DNA from: the human T2T-CHM13v2.0 reference genome, Homo sapiens | Direction: 5' to 3' (one strand) | Length of the DNA stretch: 64,000 nucleotides | NCBI RefSeq assembly: GCF_009914755.1 | Contig: NC_060942.1 | In this document: positions 1 to 14,600 of the stretch, piece by piece | Numbering within the stretch: the first letter of the stretch is position 1 | How the letters are laid out: each line of letters starts with the position of its first letter | Translations under genes and position numbers: made by a program | The notes under the pieces: model-generated | Told to the model about the DNA's origin: nothing | What the model saw: only the letters and a program-made list of their open reading frames with translations | Databases searched by the model: none

Positions 1-149
1 TCCAGTCGATCCATCTCCATTATCTCTGGTTAACCAGGGGCCTCACATTCACAGCTAAGTTTGTCATGTTTCCATTTGTCAGCCCTGTAGAAATATTTTA
101 AACGCAGAAATCTGATGTTATAATGCATTTAACAATGATCATTTATCCA

Positions 150-1230
<1,081 letters not shown>

Positions 1231-1397
1231 ACTTGATCGTATCAGACAGTTTAGTAGGGGTTAGAATTTCAACCCAGGATATCTGACTGCAAATCCACAT
1301 CCTTCCCAAAGCAGTATATTGGTTGCTTTGGGAATCATCATTGGTGGTGGGATGGGGGGAATTTTATCAGACATCATTCTTAAACCATGGCATTTAA

Positions 1398-1650
1398 TTT
1401 TTTTTTTTTTTTTTTTTTTGAGATGGAGTCTCACTCTGTCACCCAGGCTGGAGTGGAGTGGCACAATCTCAGCTCATTGCAACCTCCGCCTCCCGGGTTC
1501 AAGGAATTTCTAACTAATTTTTGTATTTTTAGTAGAGTCTGGGTTTCAACATATTGGCCAGGCTGGTCTCGAACTTCTGACCTTAAGTGATCTGCCCACC
1601 TTGGCCTCCCAAAGTGTTAAGATTACAGGTGTGAGCCACTGTGCCCGGCC
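1398..1650 (-). mobile_element. AluS-like element with internal deletion
   Basis: polyT then gagatggagtctc...gcccggcc; part of the right arm missing near 1505. Confidence 0.9.
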
Positions 1651-2329
1651 TAATTTTTTATTTAAAAAATAAAAAGAAGAAAAACTAGAAATTAAAAAAC
1701 AAATAAAAATTTGTCATTTCAGTACTTTTTCAAGTCACAAATAAGTAAAATATTGAACTAAGCAATCCCTCCAGGCACATCATGGCTTTCAGCATTGGAA
1801 CAGGTTCCAAGGAATCCTATTGGAGAGGACATTTAATGGGAGGACATCGCTATATGTTTTCAGTCAGAAAGAAAAGAAAGGCTATGGACATAACAAATTT
1901 AAAACAGTGAAAAAGAAAAGTGTTGAGGGAGCTTTTATTCTAGAAAACTCTGATTTTTATAAATATTTAAGTTTTTAAAGTACCTTTTTATACTCTATTA
2001 CAGAAGCAGAAACTTCGTCTTTTTAGGGCCCAAGATAAGGAAAAGGATAAAAGACAATAACCTTAAATTTCCAGAACACAGGTTTACTTTAACATAAAGG
2101 AAAATTGCCTGGTGGTACAGTTTGTTTCTAGGACCATCTTCCCTGAGGAGTGAAGAAGTTCTTTCCTGATGGTCCACTTAAATGGTCTCTATGCACTTCC
2201 AGAGCTTCCTAGCTTCCCTGGTCTCAGAGAAGTAAAATTCATTCCTCGAGCCTTTTAAATGGGACTTGTTGATCAGGAGCCTTCTGAAGGGTGGTCCTCG
2301 GATCGGCCACATTTAGAGTTGGACTGATG

Positions 2330-2560
2330 CAGTGGTGAGGAACAGGCTCTGGAGTCAGTCTTCCTAGTTCAGGTCCTGGCATTGCCAGTTACTGCTGTGT
2401 GACTTTGGGCAAATTACTTAACCTTTCTGTGCCTCTATTCTCTCACCTGTGAGATTGGGATAATAACTAGAATTCATCTCATGATAGTTGTAATTATTAA
2501 ATGGCCTACTTGAATGAGTTAGAGTGCCCTGGAGCACTGCCTGGCCCACAGGAAGCGCCA
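2330..2560 (+). mobile_element. MIR SINE
   Basis: MIR core 'gctgtgtgactttgggcaaattacttaacctttctgtgcctc'. Confidence 0.75.
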
Positions 2561-4131
2561 TCTCAGTGTTAGTTGTTGTCAGTATTTAGGTTAGGCACCC
2601 CTCCTGTGTGCTCCTGCAGCACATCCGTCACTGGTGCCTTCACCCACTCCACGCTGAGCACGCTGCTGGGTGCCACGCCAAGTTTCACAGGCCTCACGAC
2701 CCCGCTAGCTCTTGCTAGAGATGTGAAGTAGGGACAGCAGGGACAAGGGCGGTTCCTGGCTCTCTTTGTCTCCTGCAGTGCATCGTGGTGGCCGGCACAT
2801 AGTAAGTGCTTAGCATTTGCTGCCTGCAGCCCTGGAGCTGACATCAAAGAGACTCAACCTCAGGCTGGAATTTTCTAAAACACTCGAGCACTGGAGAGCC
2901 ATGAATTCTTGTCTTCACAGCATCTGTGTGTCAGGCTAGTCTTAAATGCTGAAGATGAAAACGGAGTATAGTTATATAGGTCTGATGTCAAGGTTGACTT
3001 TGGACTAGCTTGGATTTTTGGGCCATACTTTCTCTGATATATGGCTTAGTATATGCTCCAGTATAAAACTAAAACCCTGGAATGTGCCTTGACTTTATCA
3101 CAACTTTTGAAGAAATGAATGATTTGGCCAAGCTAAAGGTCTTGGAGCCACCTGGACACATCCTGCAGTTTATAAGCAAGACAGAGAGGAGCTACAGAGA
3201 TGACAGTATGTGCCGCTTAGGACGGGTGCAGGCCTGCTGCCCTAACAGCTATGGGAATAACGGCCCCAGGGGTGCGGTCACTTGGCAACAACCTGGACCA
3301 TCATGAGCACCACCTATGTGTGCCATATACTGCGTGTGTGCAAGAATGCGTGACATTTGCCTGGATTAAGGAGCTAATGAAACTGGGGTTTCAGTCTCTC
3401 AAGGGGCAGTTACAATTTTTATGGGGTTAAAAACTGAGAACTAGAATAGCAGTATCTAACTCCTGAGTTAATAAACATCTCGAGCCTCATTTTCTGTGGT
3501 GTACCCAGAAATAAGATGAATTACGAAAGTTATTCAGCCTTCCATTTTGGGGATGAAAGTGAAAATTGTGATATATTTAAAAAGCAAAATAAAATATTTT
3601 CCTGAGTAACTACATCAAGCATTTTAAACAGTAAAATATCCAGTGTGTTTTTCTATAGGAAAAACATGTTTCACCTGATAATATGCAGATTTCTATCCCC
3701 CTTCAACACCCTCCCACCCAGAAGATGTACTGGCAGTTTTCTGAAGGCACTCTCAGTATGCCTTGTTGATAAAGAAACATTTGGGGGCGTGCCAGCAGCC
3801 ACCAGGCAGGCAGGACACATGTGGCAGGAGTAGGTGCTGCTTCCAGAATGCTCAAGGGCCAGGACCCTTCCTGGCATCTGGCTCTCTCAAGGAAGAGGAA
3901 GGCCGAGGCGGGGACAGAGAGAAAGCGGGGCCAGGCTCATAGGGACGGAGGCTTGGCGTCTTCATCATTCTGTCTTTACAAGAAGTCTGCTCCTGGCACT
4001 TGAGTTTGTCCAGAGCGCAGAATTAGAGTGTTCTCTTAACATATGGTGTCCAGAAATCCTGAAAGACTTCTTGAGTTTTTAAGAAGGATGCCAAATATTC
4101 TAGAAATAGTGTCTCAACACTAGAGCCTCTG

Positions 4132-4420
4132 TTTTAATGAGACAGGGTCTCATTCTGTTGTGCAAGCTGGGGTGCATTGGCACAATCACAGCTCACTGCA
4201 CTCTCGACCTCCTGGGCTCAAGTGATCCTCCTGCTTCAGCCTCCGGAGTAACTGGGATGACAGGCCTATGCCACCACACCTGGCTAATTTTTAAATTTTT
4301 TTTGAAGATGTGGTCTCACTGTGTTGCCCAGGCTTGTCTCAAACTCCTGGCCTCAAGCAGTCCTCCTATCTTGGCCTCCCAAAGTGTTGGGGTTACAGGT
4401 GTGAGCCACTGTGTCCAGCC
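4132..4420 (-). mobile_element. AluJ-like element
   Basis: gagacagggtctc...ctcctgggctcaagtgatcc...gtgagccactgtgtccagcc. Confidence 0.9.
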
Positions 4421-4774
4421 CAGGGTCTCTGTTAACATAAGCCAGCTAGCTTTGCCATTCTTGGGGACCTTAACGACACTGTTAACCCCTGCTGGTTCTC
4501 CTGAAAGGTGCAGGTAGATCAATCATGACCCATCAGCACAGAGCGGAGGACAGCAGGAAGCACCTGCCATGCCCAGGAGGACAGTGTTACTGCTCTACCT
4601 ACATGTGCACACAAACTCTGTTTGTGTTGAGGTTGAGTACTGTTCTTTAAAATCATTGTTGAATGACAATTAGCAAAAACAAGAGCCCTCACATGTCCTC
4701 GTGGTGGTATGCTGGCACCACGATTTCTCCAAGCCCCCGGCTTGCTCATTTCATCCAGGTGAGGAGTCTGGAGT

Positions 4775-4942
4775 AGAGCAGGGCTTCTGAAATGGTGACA
4801 TGCACATCACTCTCCTGGGCATCTGGTTAACATGCAGGCTCCAGTTCCCCAGGTCTGGGCGGGGCTCAAGATCGCATTTCTCATAAGCTCCCAGGGGATG
4901 CTGCTGCTGGTGGTCTCTGGACCACACTCTGAGGAGCGAGGG
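4775..4942. mobile_element. MER5-type hAT-Charlie MITE
   Basis: 'ggtctgggcggggctcaagatcgcatttctcataagctcccaggggatgctgctg...accacactctgag' resembles MER5A/B. Confidence 0.65.
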
Positions 4943-4944
4943 TT

Positions 4945-5100
4945 GGATGCGTTATTTCATCCTCCTGACCACCCTGTGAAGTAAGTATTCTCAGCCTCAT
5001 TTTATAGATGAGGAAACGCACCCAGCTCAACCTAACACAGGTGGCAGGGTTGGAACCCAACGTTGGTTCTAACCGGCCTCTATAAAAACTTTATACTGCC
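4945..5100 (-). mobile_element. MIR fragment
   Basis: 'cattttatagatgaggaaac' MIR core in reverse orientation. Confidence 0.6.
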
Positions 5101-6059
5101 TCCCATTTTCTTCTGGGGCTTGGAAGGGTAGCTGCAATTTCAGGCACAAACCCACTTAGGAGGTAGCTTAGCCATTATGAAAATCTATACCACCATAAAT
5201 GTGGACTCATAAGTAATTCCTTTTTTCCGCTTAGTAGCATAGATAATGTGTAACATAAACTCAAATCTGCTAATTCAGGGAGTCTTTTTGCATATTAGGA
5301 AGCTATTTTAAAGCTGTTTAATCTGAACTAATTTATTTAATACATTTGTAATCCGCATTATTGGCTTGCTAGCTCCATGGGGTCACACACTTTTATATTT
5401 GTTAACATTCCTACCAGACGACAGGGCTGGTGGGAGCACACGCAGAGCATTTGCGTTTCTACATAAAGCTGTCTCTGTGCTGCGTTTTTCTAAGTTCCAA
5501 GGATACGCTAGAAGATTATTCCATGTTATAGACTAATGTCCACAAATATCAAACTATTTCCATGTTTTGAGTCTGTGGGAACATAAAGTTTGTGTTCTTT
5601 TAAAATCCTCATTCATGACTTTAAGCATAACAAACTGACTTAAAATGTACTGTTTCTAAAGGCCAAATTCCAGGGATTAATTTTTATGTGGAAAATTTCA
5701 TCTCAGAGCAAAATTTTATAGCATAGTCGTAAACCTCAAAGAATGGGAATTTGTAATGGGCAGAGCCATCGATTCTTAACAAGAGCTGCATTAACAGGCA
5801 GACGAGACACATAAAATGGCTCCAAGAGCCTCATGGCAACATGTGGAGATGTAGAATCTTTTACATGGATTTGCAAGTAAACACATCCTCTTAGTGCCCC
5901 AAAAAATCGGGTAATCAGGCTAAAAAAATCAAAGTAAGTCATCATCAGTCCACTGGCATCCTTTGGTTAGTTTCAGTGGTTGCTACATTTGTTGACTGTT
6001 GGCTAATTAATTCTGAGCTTGCTACCACTGAGCAAAACAATGAGTGGGTGGCCGGATGG

Positions 6060-6270
6060 GAGTGTCAGAGTCAGACTATCCCGGCTCCAACTCCTAGCTG
6101 GCCTCTCACCAGCAGTTTGCCCTTGGACAAAAGACTCACCCTCTCTGAGCCTCAGTTTCCCCATCTGTAAAGTGGTAACAAGAAAAATGTGCCTCACAGG
6201 GTTGGCATGAATATAAGAGATATATAGTGCTTGAAAGTGCTTTGCATATAGCAGTAAACCTTTATGAATG
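6060..6270 (+). mobile_element. MIR SINE
   Basis: 'ctctctgagcctcagtttccccatctgtaaagtgg'. Confidence 0.75.
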
Positions 6271-6325
6271 TTTACAAATGCTAACTTTATGCTGCAGAAC
6301 CATTGAAAAGGTATTTCTAATTCTT

Positions 6326-7155
6326 TTTTTCTTATTATTTTATTTTACTTTAAGTTCTGGGATACATGTGCTGTATGTGCAGGTTTGTTACATAGGTATA
6401 CATGTGTCATAGTGGTTTGCTGCACCTCTCAACCCATTATCTAGGTTTTAAGCCCTGTATGCATTAGTTATTTGTCCTATTGCCCTTCCTCCCCTTGCCT
6501 CCCCCAGCCCCCAACAGGCCCCACTGTGTGATGTTCCCCTCCTTGTGTCCATGTGTTCTCATTGTTCAACTCCCACTTATGAGTGAGAACATGCGGTGTT
6601 TGGTTTTCTGTTCCTGTGTTAGTTTGCTGAGGATGATGGTTTCCAGCTTCATCCATGTCTGTGCAAAGGACATGAACTCATTCTTTTTTATGGCTGCATA
6701 GTATTCCATGGTGTATATGTGCCACATTTTCTTTACCTGGTCTATCACTGATGGGTGTTCGGGTTCTTTCCAAGTCTTTGCTATTGTAAATAATGTTGCA
6801 ATAAACATACGTGTGCATGTGTCTTTATAGTAGAATGATTTATAATCCTTTGGGTATATACCCAGTAATGGGACTGCTGGGCCAAATGGTATTTTTGGTT
6901 CTAGATCCTTGAGGAATTGCCACACTGTCTTCCACAGTGGTTGAACTAATTTACACTCCCACCAACAGTGTAAAAGAAAAAACAACCCCATCAAAAAGTG
7001 GATGAAGAATATGAACAGACACTTCTCAAAAGAAGACATTTATGCAGCCAACAAACATATGAAAAAAAAAAAAGCTCATCATCACTCATCATTAGAGAAA
7101 TGCAAATCAAAACCACAATGAGATACCATCTCACGCCAGTTAGAACGGCGATCAC
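6326..7155 (-). mobile_element. L1PA 3' fragment with 5' inversion (twin priming)
   Basis: 6326-6976 is an antisense L1PA 3' end (ORF2 C-terminus [16 protein letters not shown]...); 6977-7155 is the upstream L1 segment in the opposite orientation; 14-bp TSD tatttctaattctt at 6312-6325 and 7156-7169. Confidence 0.92.
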
Positions 7156-8419
7156 TATTTCTAATTCTTCAAGTGATCTTTATCTGCGAGAATTTCTGTT
7201 GTGAGTGAAGCACCCGCGGTGGGGCAGGCTGTGGAGGGGGAGGCAACTGGAGGGGGAGGCAGCGGGGCATACCGAGAAGCCCTGGGGGTGAGAGCTGGGG
7301 CTGGGACCTGGGCTGGGTGAGATGCTAACTGGGCTTAGAGATGACAGTTACAGATTCTGGGCGAGCAGAGCCTCCCTTTACCACTCAGAAATTTTTTTCT
7401 GAAGCTAATGAGCTCTGAGTAGCCGCTGAGCTACTAACTTACCATACTTGGAGTGGCTGGATGAGAGCTGAAATCTCAGCTGATCACCTCCAATCAAATC
7501 CCTGGCTTAGGCTGCCTCTTTTTGGCCATTCAGGACAGCAAGGTTCCAGCCACCTTAGCTTCTCCTATGCAGGTCTCAACTGGTAGCCTATCCTTAAAGC
7601 CCGTTTGGTTCCTTAAATAAGCAACTACCTGCAGATGGAACCTGAGACGAGCTCAGCCACACAGAAACGCTTATCTGTAGGACTTCACTGAAGGTCCAGT
7701 GCGTTTCCTCCTAAGGACTGTAAACGCTCAGGTAAATATTTGTCAGATGGATTAATGAACTGAAGACCTTTATAGAGGAAACCTTGAAGAGATATCGTTA
7801 GAATCTCAAGTCCTTGTTGCTACCAACAACTCTTGTGAAAGTCTTTGGTGTCCCTGCCTTGCTCCATTTTCAAGGCCCCTGCTGCACACACAGATGCCTC
7901 CTAAGCTCTGAGATGCGTTGGTGACTGCACAAACTCATATTAGACGTGATAGCCATCAGAGTACTTACGTGAAAGATGCGATGTAAAGATGATGAGGGAG
8001 GAGAGAGTGCCGAATGCAAATGTTTTTACACTTTCATATTTGTGTGTTCCACAGACTTCCCTCTCCCATGCCCTTCTGCTATGTGTGCTGCCATTTTCTC
8101 TGAATGAAGGGAAAAGAAATATTGGCAGCTCTCAGCTAAAATTCCCAGTGATGGACGTGCTGTCATGCAGCCAGGGTGAGCTGTGTATCAGGGCATGAAC
8201 CCTGAGTCACGACTTGACCTCGGAACTTCCTTTCTGAAGCACCATCTTCAAGTGGTGCTTAAAAGGAATAAAAACAAAACTCAAGAGCACTATCTAGTAC
8301 ATCCGCCCAGACAGCCCCTCAGAGGCGCTGGGAGAGGCCCTGTGCCTGTGTTTAAGCCACACATCCCAAGACAGACTCTACACCATGTCCCCAGACACCC
8401 ACAGGAGCGCTCATTATGC

Positions 8420-8424
8420 GTGTG

Positions 8425-8455
<31 letters not shown>
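8420..8455. repeat. (TG)n microsatellite
   Basis: Interrupted TG run. Confidence 0.95.
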
Positions 8456-8574
8456 TAGGTGTGGGCAATGTTTTCAAAGTAAACTTGTATTCATAAAGTC
8501 AAAAGTTTTGAAAGTGGTTTTTAAACAGGTTGAACTGTGAGAACATTAAACTGAGTGGGCAAGGAGCTTAATTA

Positions 8575-9105
<531 letters not shown>

Positions 9106-9162
9106 TCATTAGCAAAGGAGAGAAGAACTTTTCCAGTTCCATGAAGTTCACCAAAGCCCTAA

Positions 9163-9468
9163 TTTTTTTTTTTTTTTTTTTTTTTTCTAGACGGAGTCTC
9201 ACTCTGTCGCCCAGGCTGGAGTGAAGTGGCCCTATCTTGGCTCATGGCAACTTCTACCTCCCAGTTGCAAGCAATTCTCCTGCCTCAGCCTCCTGAGTAG
9301 CTGGGATCACAGGCGTGTGCCACCACACCTGGCTAATTTTTGTATTTTTAGTAGAGACGGGTTTCGCCATGTTGACCAGGCTGGTCTTGAACTCCTGACC
9401 TCAGGTGATCCGCCCACCTCGGCCTCCGAAAGTGCTAGGATTACAGGCTTGAGCCACCGTGCCTGCCC
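9163..9468 (-). mobile_element. AluSx-like element
   Basis: polyT plus full antisense dimer; TSD caaagccctaatttt at 9152-9166 and 9471-9485. Confidence 0.92.
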
Positions 9469-9995
9469 CACAAAGCCCTAATTTTAAGAAACAGACAGGT
9501 ACAGTGGCCTACAGCGCTCCTCACTAAGGCCCTGGCTTGAGGGCAAGCCTATCATGTGACTGAGCCTGACCAGGAAGTGCTGGCCCAGGTGGCAAGGAGC
9601 CTCGGGGCTCCAGGGACAAGGGGCGCTGGTAGCCAGGGAGGGGCGGCTTGAAGTGGCTGCAGCTTCTAATTCTTTCTGAAGCTGCCTCTTTCTGAGGGTG
9701 ACTCCCTCTTCATTCACCCAGCAGGGTGACTCTGAGAAGTCAGGGAAAGTCTGGCACAGGGAGGGGAGTTCCATTTTTAATTCGGAAATTGCTCAGGAAG
9801 AATCATACCATCCGGATTTCCCTCGCGGCTGTATATTAATAAATGGTCACTTTCCTTGCTGAAATTCTCTGGTTTCCTTTTATCCACGTGAAGCTTCTGG
9901 AAACTCTTCTGGGTGGTTCTTCTGTTGCTTTTCTGCCCCTGCCCCCAAAAATGAGAACATGAGAAAGTGATGTCTTCTAGCCACCTGGAGGACCC

Positions 9996-10082
9996 TGCGG
10001 TGACATCAGGGCCCAGTCCCTGCTGTCATGCCCCAGGTGACGTGCTGGGCTGACAGCAGGGCTGGCCGCTAACGTCACTGTC
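9996..10082 (+). ncRNA. MIR4526: microRNA hairpin mir-4526 (mature 3p about 10049-10070, GCUGACAGCAGGGCUGGCCGCU)
   Basis: Visible stem: gtgac..cagtccctgctgtca pairs with tgacagcagggctgg..gtcac; the mature sequence matches recalled hsa-miR-4526, recalled as intronic in LDLRAD4. Confidence 0.85.
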
Positions 10083-10639
10083 CTGGCTTCTAACGCTGGT
10101 AGTAACCAACAGAGTTTAGTTTTGCTTTGACAACTCCTCCTACAGCCAAAACTATTGTTATGGCCCACATGTCATTCCTATTTACCCTAAATAAGGAAAA
10201 ACAAAGGCTATTCTGGGCTCCCGGCAGTGCTTGTGGTGGGGGTTATTTGCAGCGTTACCATGGCAGGCTGCCCTTTCCACCACGGCCACCCCGTGATTTT
10301 CTCTGAAAACTGCGACAGACTCGCAGCCTGCCCTGAATTTTCTTCACACAGCCTGGGGGCATCCGAATGCACGGGAGATGTTTTACACTCAGATGAAACA
10401 AACTGTTTAGACCTCTGGGAAAAGAGACTGTGCTTGAACAAAATGAACCAGGAGAAAGCGCCCTCCTGAGACATGTCTCTGCTTTCATGTTTGAATTGCC
10501 TGGGATTCTGTTCTCTAATTTCTGATCCTTATAAACTAAAACTGCCTAGGAACATTGAGCATCCTGACTTTGAAGGAGTCTCTGTGGTGTTTTTGTGCTA
10601 CCATACATGGGGAATAATGATGTGAGGCAGAGGGAGAGG

Positions 10640-11586
10640 GAATGAATGGGAGAGCCAAGAGGGAAGAGCGAGCCGGGGGGAAAGGAGCGCGCAGTGTTTC
10701 CTGCTGCGGTTAGGACCTCACGCCTTGCCAGTACAGAGCTCGGTGGCAAGAGCCGCTGGGAGCTGCTCCCATCAGTTAGAGGATGTGGAGAGGGAGCACC
10801 AGAAGAGGACAGCCCGCAGCCTGGCTCGCAGCCTGAGGGACGCTGTGGGTGCTCCCAGCCGGGCGAGCACGCTCTGGGAGCGGATCTGCAGGGGAGAAGC
10901 ACGCGAGCCTAACGTGAGCGTCCCGCCTGTCGCGTGTCCTGCCTTGGTAAGCGCTCTCTCCGGTCCTTCCACACTGAAAGCTTCCAGCAGAGATCAAGGG
11001 AAGGAGTATTGTGTGAGACTTGCAGATTTCCTCCTTTCTGTCTGGACTGGTTTGATATTTGCCTGTTGAAAAGATTACTGAACGCAGTGTGACAAGATGA
11101 GCCGTCTAGCTGCGTTCTGCTTGCCTGTGTGTGTGACACGTCCAGGTGTGAGGCCAAACCTGAGAAGTGCAGACTGCTCACTGATAGACGTTGCTGTAAA
11201 CAGTAGTGCCCTGGGTGTACAGCTGGTCTCAGGATCGGAGACCCCGGACTTATTCTCTGCTCGGTGACACGGCCGGCTTCCTGCCGCAGAGCTCCTGGTT
11301 TCTGTTGATGGCAGTTGATAATTGGTAGCCACAGTCTGCGGTCGGAGCCACAGCATTTGAGTCTAGCACCTGGGGTGGGCCCTGCTGATACAGTAGAGAG
11401 AGAGTGAACGAGGCAGACAGAAACACACCCCCCCCCCCTCCACGCTCACACACTCTCCCACACCCCATGCCAGCTATAACTGCAGCTCTGAGCTGCCTGG
11501 AGAGGAGATTGCCGGAAGCTGAAGGGATGCTTTGAACGTGGGGGGGCTGCGTCACAGTTGGACTCCCACTTGCAGAGGACCTGATT
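10640..11586 (+). promoter_or_regulatory. LDLRAD4: Putative alternative promoter / 5'UTR for the LDLRAD4 isoform lacking the LDLa domain
   Basis: CpG-enriched stretch, (GA)n and C tracts, TATAA-like at 11475-11479, directly upstream of an ATG-bearing exon; TSS not determinable from sequence. Confidence 0.55.
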
Positions 11587-11656
11587 ATGTCCAGTGACCA
11601 CCTGAACAACAGCACACTGAAGGAGGCTCAGTTCAAAGACCTGTTCTTAAAAAAAG
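11587..11656 (+). CDS. LDLRAD4: LDLRAD4 alternative first coding exon (MSSDHLNNSTLKEAQFKDLFLKK, phase 1)
   Basis: ATG 11587, donor AAG|GTAC at 11657; the phase-1 G joins CG of exon 19997 to give ...KKA-ELEFAQ; the assembled CDS of 70+155+54+531 nt encodes 269 aa. Confidence 0.85.
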
Positions 11657-14600
11657 GTACATTTCCCAAGAACTGCTATGGATGATGCATGCTCTTTCGG
11701 GTTTGCTGTGGTTCTTCTTGGAGTTTGGTCTGAGGACAGAGCTGAGAAGAGGAGAAGCTCTTTCTCAAGAAGTTTCTTTCTACCTAAGAGGGGTCTGTCA
11801 ACTCAGAACATTTCCGGGTGGGACTCCCTTTAGGAAGATGCATGTCAGGCTTTTTCATCTTCTTTCAAGCCTGGAATTAGTTTGTTCCTGTTGGAGGTGT
11901 TATGCATGAGTACACAGTTTGTTGCTTTGGAGTTTTGTTTTTTTCAAATGTCTGTATATGAGGCTGAGACCTCCCCTGGAAATTCTGCTACTTGTTAATA
12001 ATTCCTTTTTCTTCACCCTCATGAGCTGAAAACTGCATTTTAAAGAAAAGGTATTTCTCAGGATGTGGCTGGTTCATTGAACACTTTCTTAGGTCATCCA
12101 TGTAGTGACAGGAGCTATTAGGAAGGAGAACTGTGACTCTGAGAGATAGAGAGCCAAAGAAAGTGAGAGACAGACAGACTGGCTGTGGGATGAGAGCCTC
12201 AGAAGCCACCACTCTCCCCTGTGGAAATGAAGGTTCCATTCCATGTGCAGCTGTGTTTTTTTTCTGATGCACTTTCCTAAATTAATAATGTGGAGGTGGA
12301 GGTGAGGGTGGATTTTAAATGAATCCTATAGGGGGAATTATGGCTTATGTATGTATTTTTTTCCATTTATAGCATGGCAGAGGGATAGACTTTTAAAAGG
12401 TTTATAATTGCTCTTACTCCTCTGCTGATTTTTTAGAAAATCCTGTCAGTCATCTTTGATCAGAACATATTTAGGTAAATTTCTTTCTGAAGAGATCATG
12501 AAACTCTAGATTCTAAAATGCGTGGTGAGAAGTAATTGTAGTGGATGAAGGCTTGGGCTTTCATAAAGTGAGGAGATGCCACTCCAGCTGGACGGGCTCG
12601 TGGAGTCTGCATTCGAGGGATTCCCTAGTCCGTCCAGTCATCACGGGCTGCTGCCCGCCTGCCCGTGCCGTCCAAGGCACCTGGCCTTGGGCCGGTATCA
12701 GGTAGCCGCGCCTGGGTCACACCTGCCCTCCACGTTCATCTCTCCACCTACAGATCATAGGGACCGTTTCCTCATTTTATTGTCATGCAAATGTTGTACA
12801 TAAATACATGGCTATAAACAGGCAGCTCAGAGTAACCAGGAGGCTCTTTTCTCAGTGACAGATCACACCCTCTTAGAGTAGTAATTTTTGAATAATTGTT
12901 GCAAAATATGAAAACCTTTAGCAAAACTCCAGCACCACTGAAGTCATCAGGAAGTGTTTGGGAGAATACGTGTCTGTGCTGGATGCTGTTGAAGCAGGTC
13001 AGGCCGTTGGGGTCCCTTCGTTCTTAGGGCTTCTCCACCAGCTTCTAAATGGGGAATGCCAACTTTGTGCCAGGCACACACTACCTGCTGAGACACTGTG
13101 GATGAACAAGGCGTTGACCCAGGGCTCACTCTGTAGAGGAAGAAGACCAGAGAATGGATACCACCAAGACAGTGATAAGTGCTGCAACAGGGTTCAGAGC
13201 TGCACAGGAAGTCCCCAAAGGTAGTGAACCCATCATCGGGGCTTAGGAAAGAGCTTTTAAAGGAAGATAAAGCCAGCAGGTGACGCCAAAAACTGGGTAT
13301 TTCTGTAGGGTAGCTTTTTTCCCTTTCGTTCTACTTGTTGTACTATACAGTAGAGTAGCCAACCCACCTCCAAGAAAAATAAAATTCAAAATATATAATG
13401 TAATCAGTATGATGATAGCTCTTATTGTTTTGCTTCTGTACTTCAAGCTGTGAAGTCATTCTTGTAACACAGGCTGAATTTTCCCCCTCAACCATGGTGT
13501 TTAATGAGTGTGAATCTTCATTCAACCATTAAAATCTCCAAGAGTATTTTTATACTAACAGTTCACAAACTTGAGGCAATTATAGTCTAAGTAGATTCCA
13601 ACTCCTGCCCCCACCCGTCTTCCTGCCACCACCGCCGCCCGGTCTCTGGAGGATCTTGGAAAGAATTTACCAGCCTTTAGGAACATTCAGCACTTTAAAA
13701 GTGTCACAGAGCCATAAATAAAGAGTAAGACACCCCTAAGACTGTCATCTCATCACCACACCCGTCTCTGCTGAGGAGGACAGAGACAGGAAGGAAATGC
13801 GACAAGTTCACTGTGCAGTAGCCAAGCAGGCCCAGCCAACATGTGGGAGGGTGGGTGTCTGTCCCAGCGGTGGGGCAGGAGGCGTGCAGGGGAAGGGGCT
13901 GCCTGGAGGTAAGGCTCTGCGGTCAGCCAGCCCTGGGTTTGGTGCTCCAGGAAAGGCCAGCACGTAGGGGAGTGAGGTGGGGTGCTGCTGTTGGTAGGGT
14001 AGGAAGTGACCTCGCAGGGTGGGGCCAGGGCTTCGTGGCCAGTGGGCGGCCATTTCTGTGACATTGCAATGTTCTGCGTGGATCGTTTTCTGGATTCCTG
14101 CCAAGGTGTTTACTTGGCCTGGGGAAAGAGAGGAACGCATGAGGGGCCCAGACCTTGCCCCCTGACCCATGATAGGGTCTTTGAGGGCATACATAACACA
14201 TCTGGAGCTTAAAAAGAATTAAACTGTAGAAATAAGACTTCAGTGAAGGATAATATATTAGTGGAGGAAAGACCAAATGGAAGATGGTGTTAACCATCCC
14301 ACAAATAGAAATGAGTGTTATATTAGGAGCCTAAGGTGGGACAACCACACTTCCCCAGAGCTCTTTAAAAATAGCGCAGACACTCATGCCTCTAGTATGA
14401 TTCAGTTCAGCTCCTCATTGAACCAGGGAAGAGACCGACAGACTTCACACCACTTCTTCTGTTCCTGTAATTCTCCACTGTGCAGCTTGGGATTTCCTGG
14501 AGATGTTTCCATAAAAATAGAGAGATGCCATCATCACTGTCGTCACTGTCACTGCTGTACAATAATAAAAGAAGGTGCTAGGATGCCTTCCTGTAAGTTT

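Noticed and set aside
6566-7039. 157-aa ORF similar to L1 ORF2
   Set aside because: Truncated and inverted L1 remnant, not a gene
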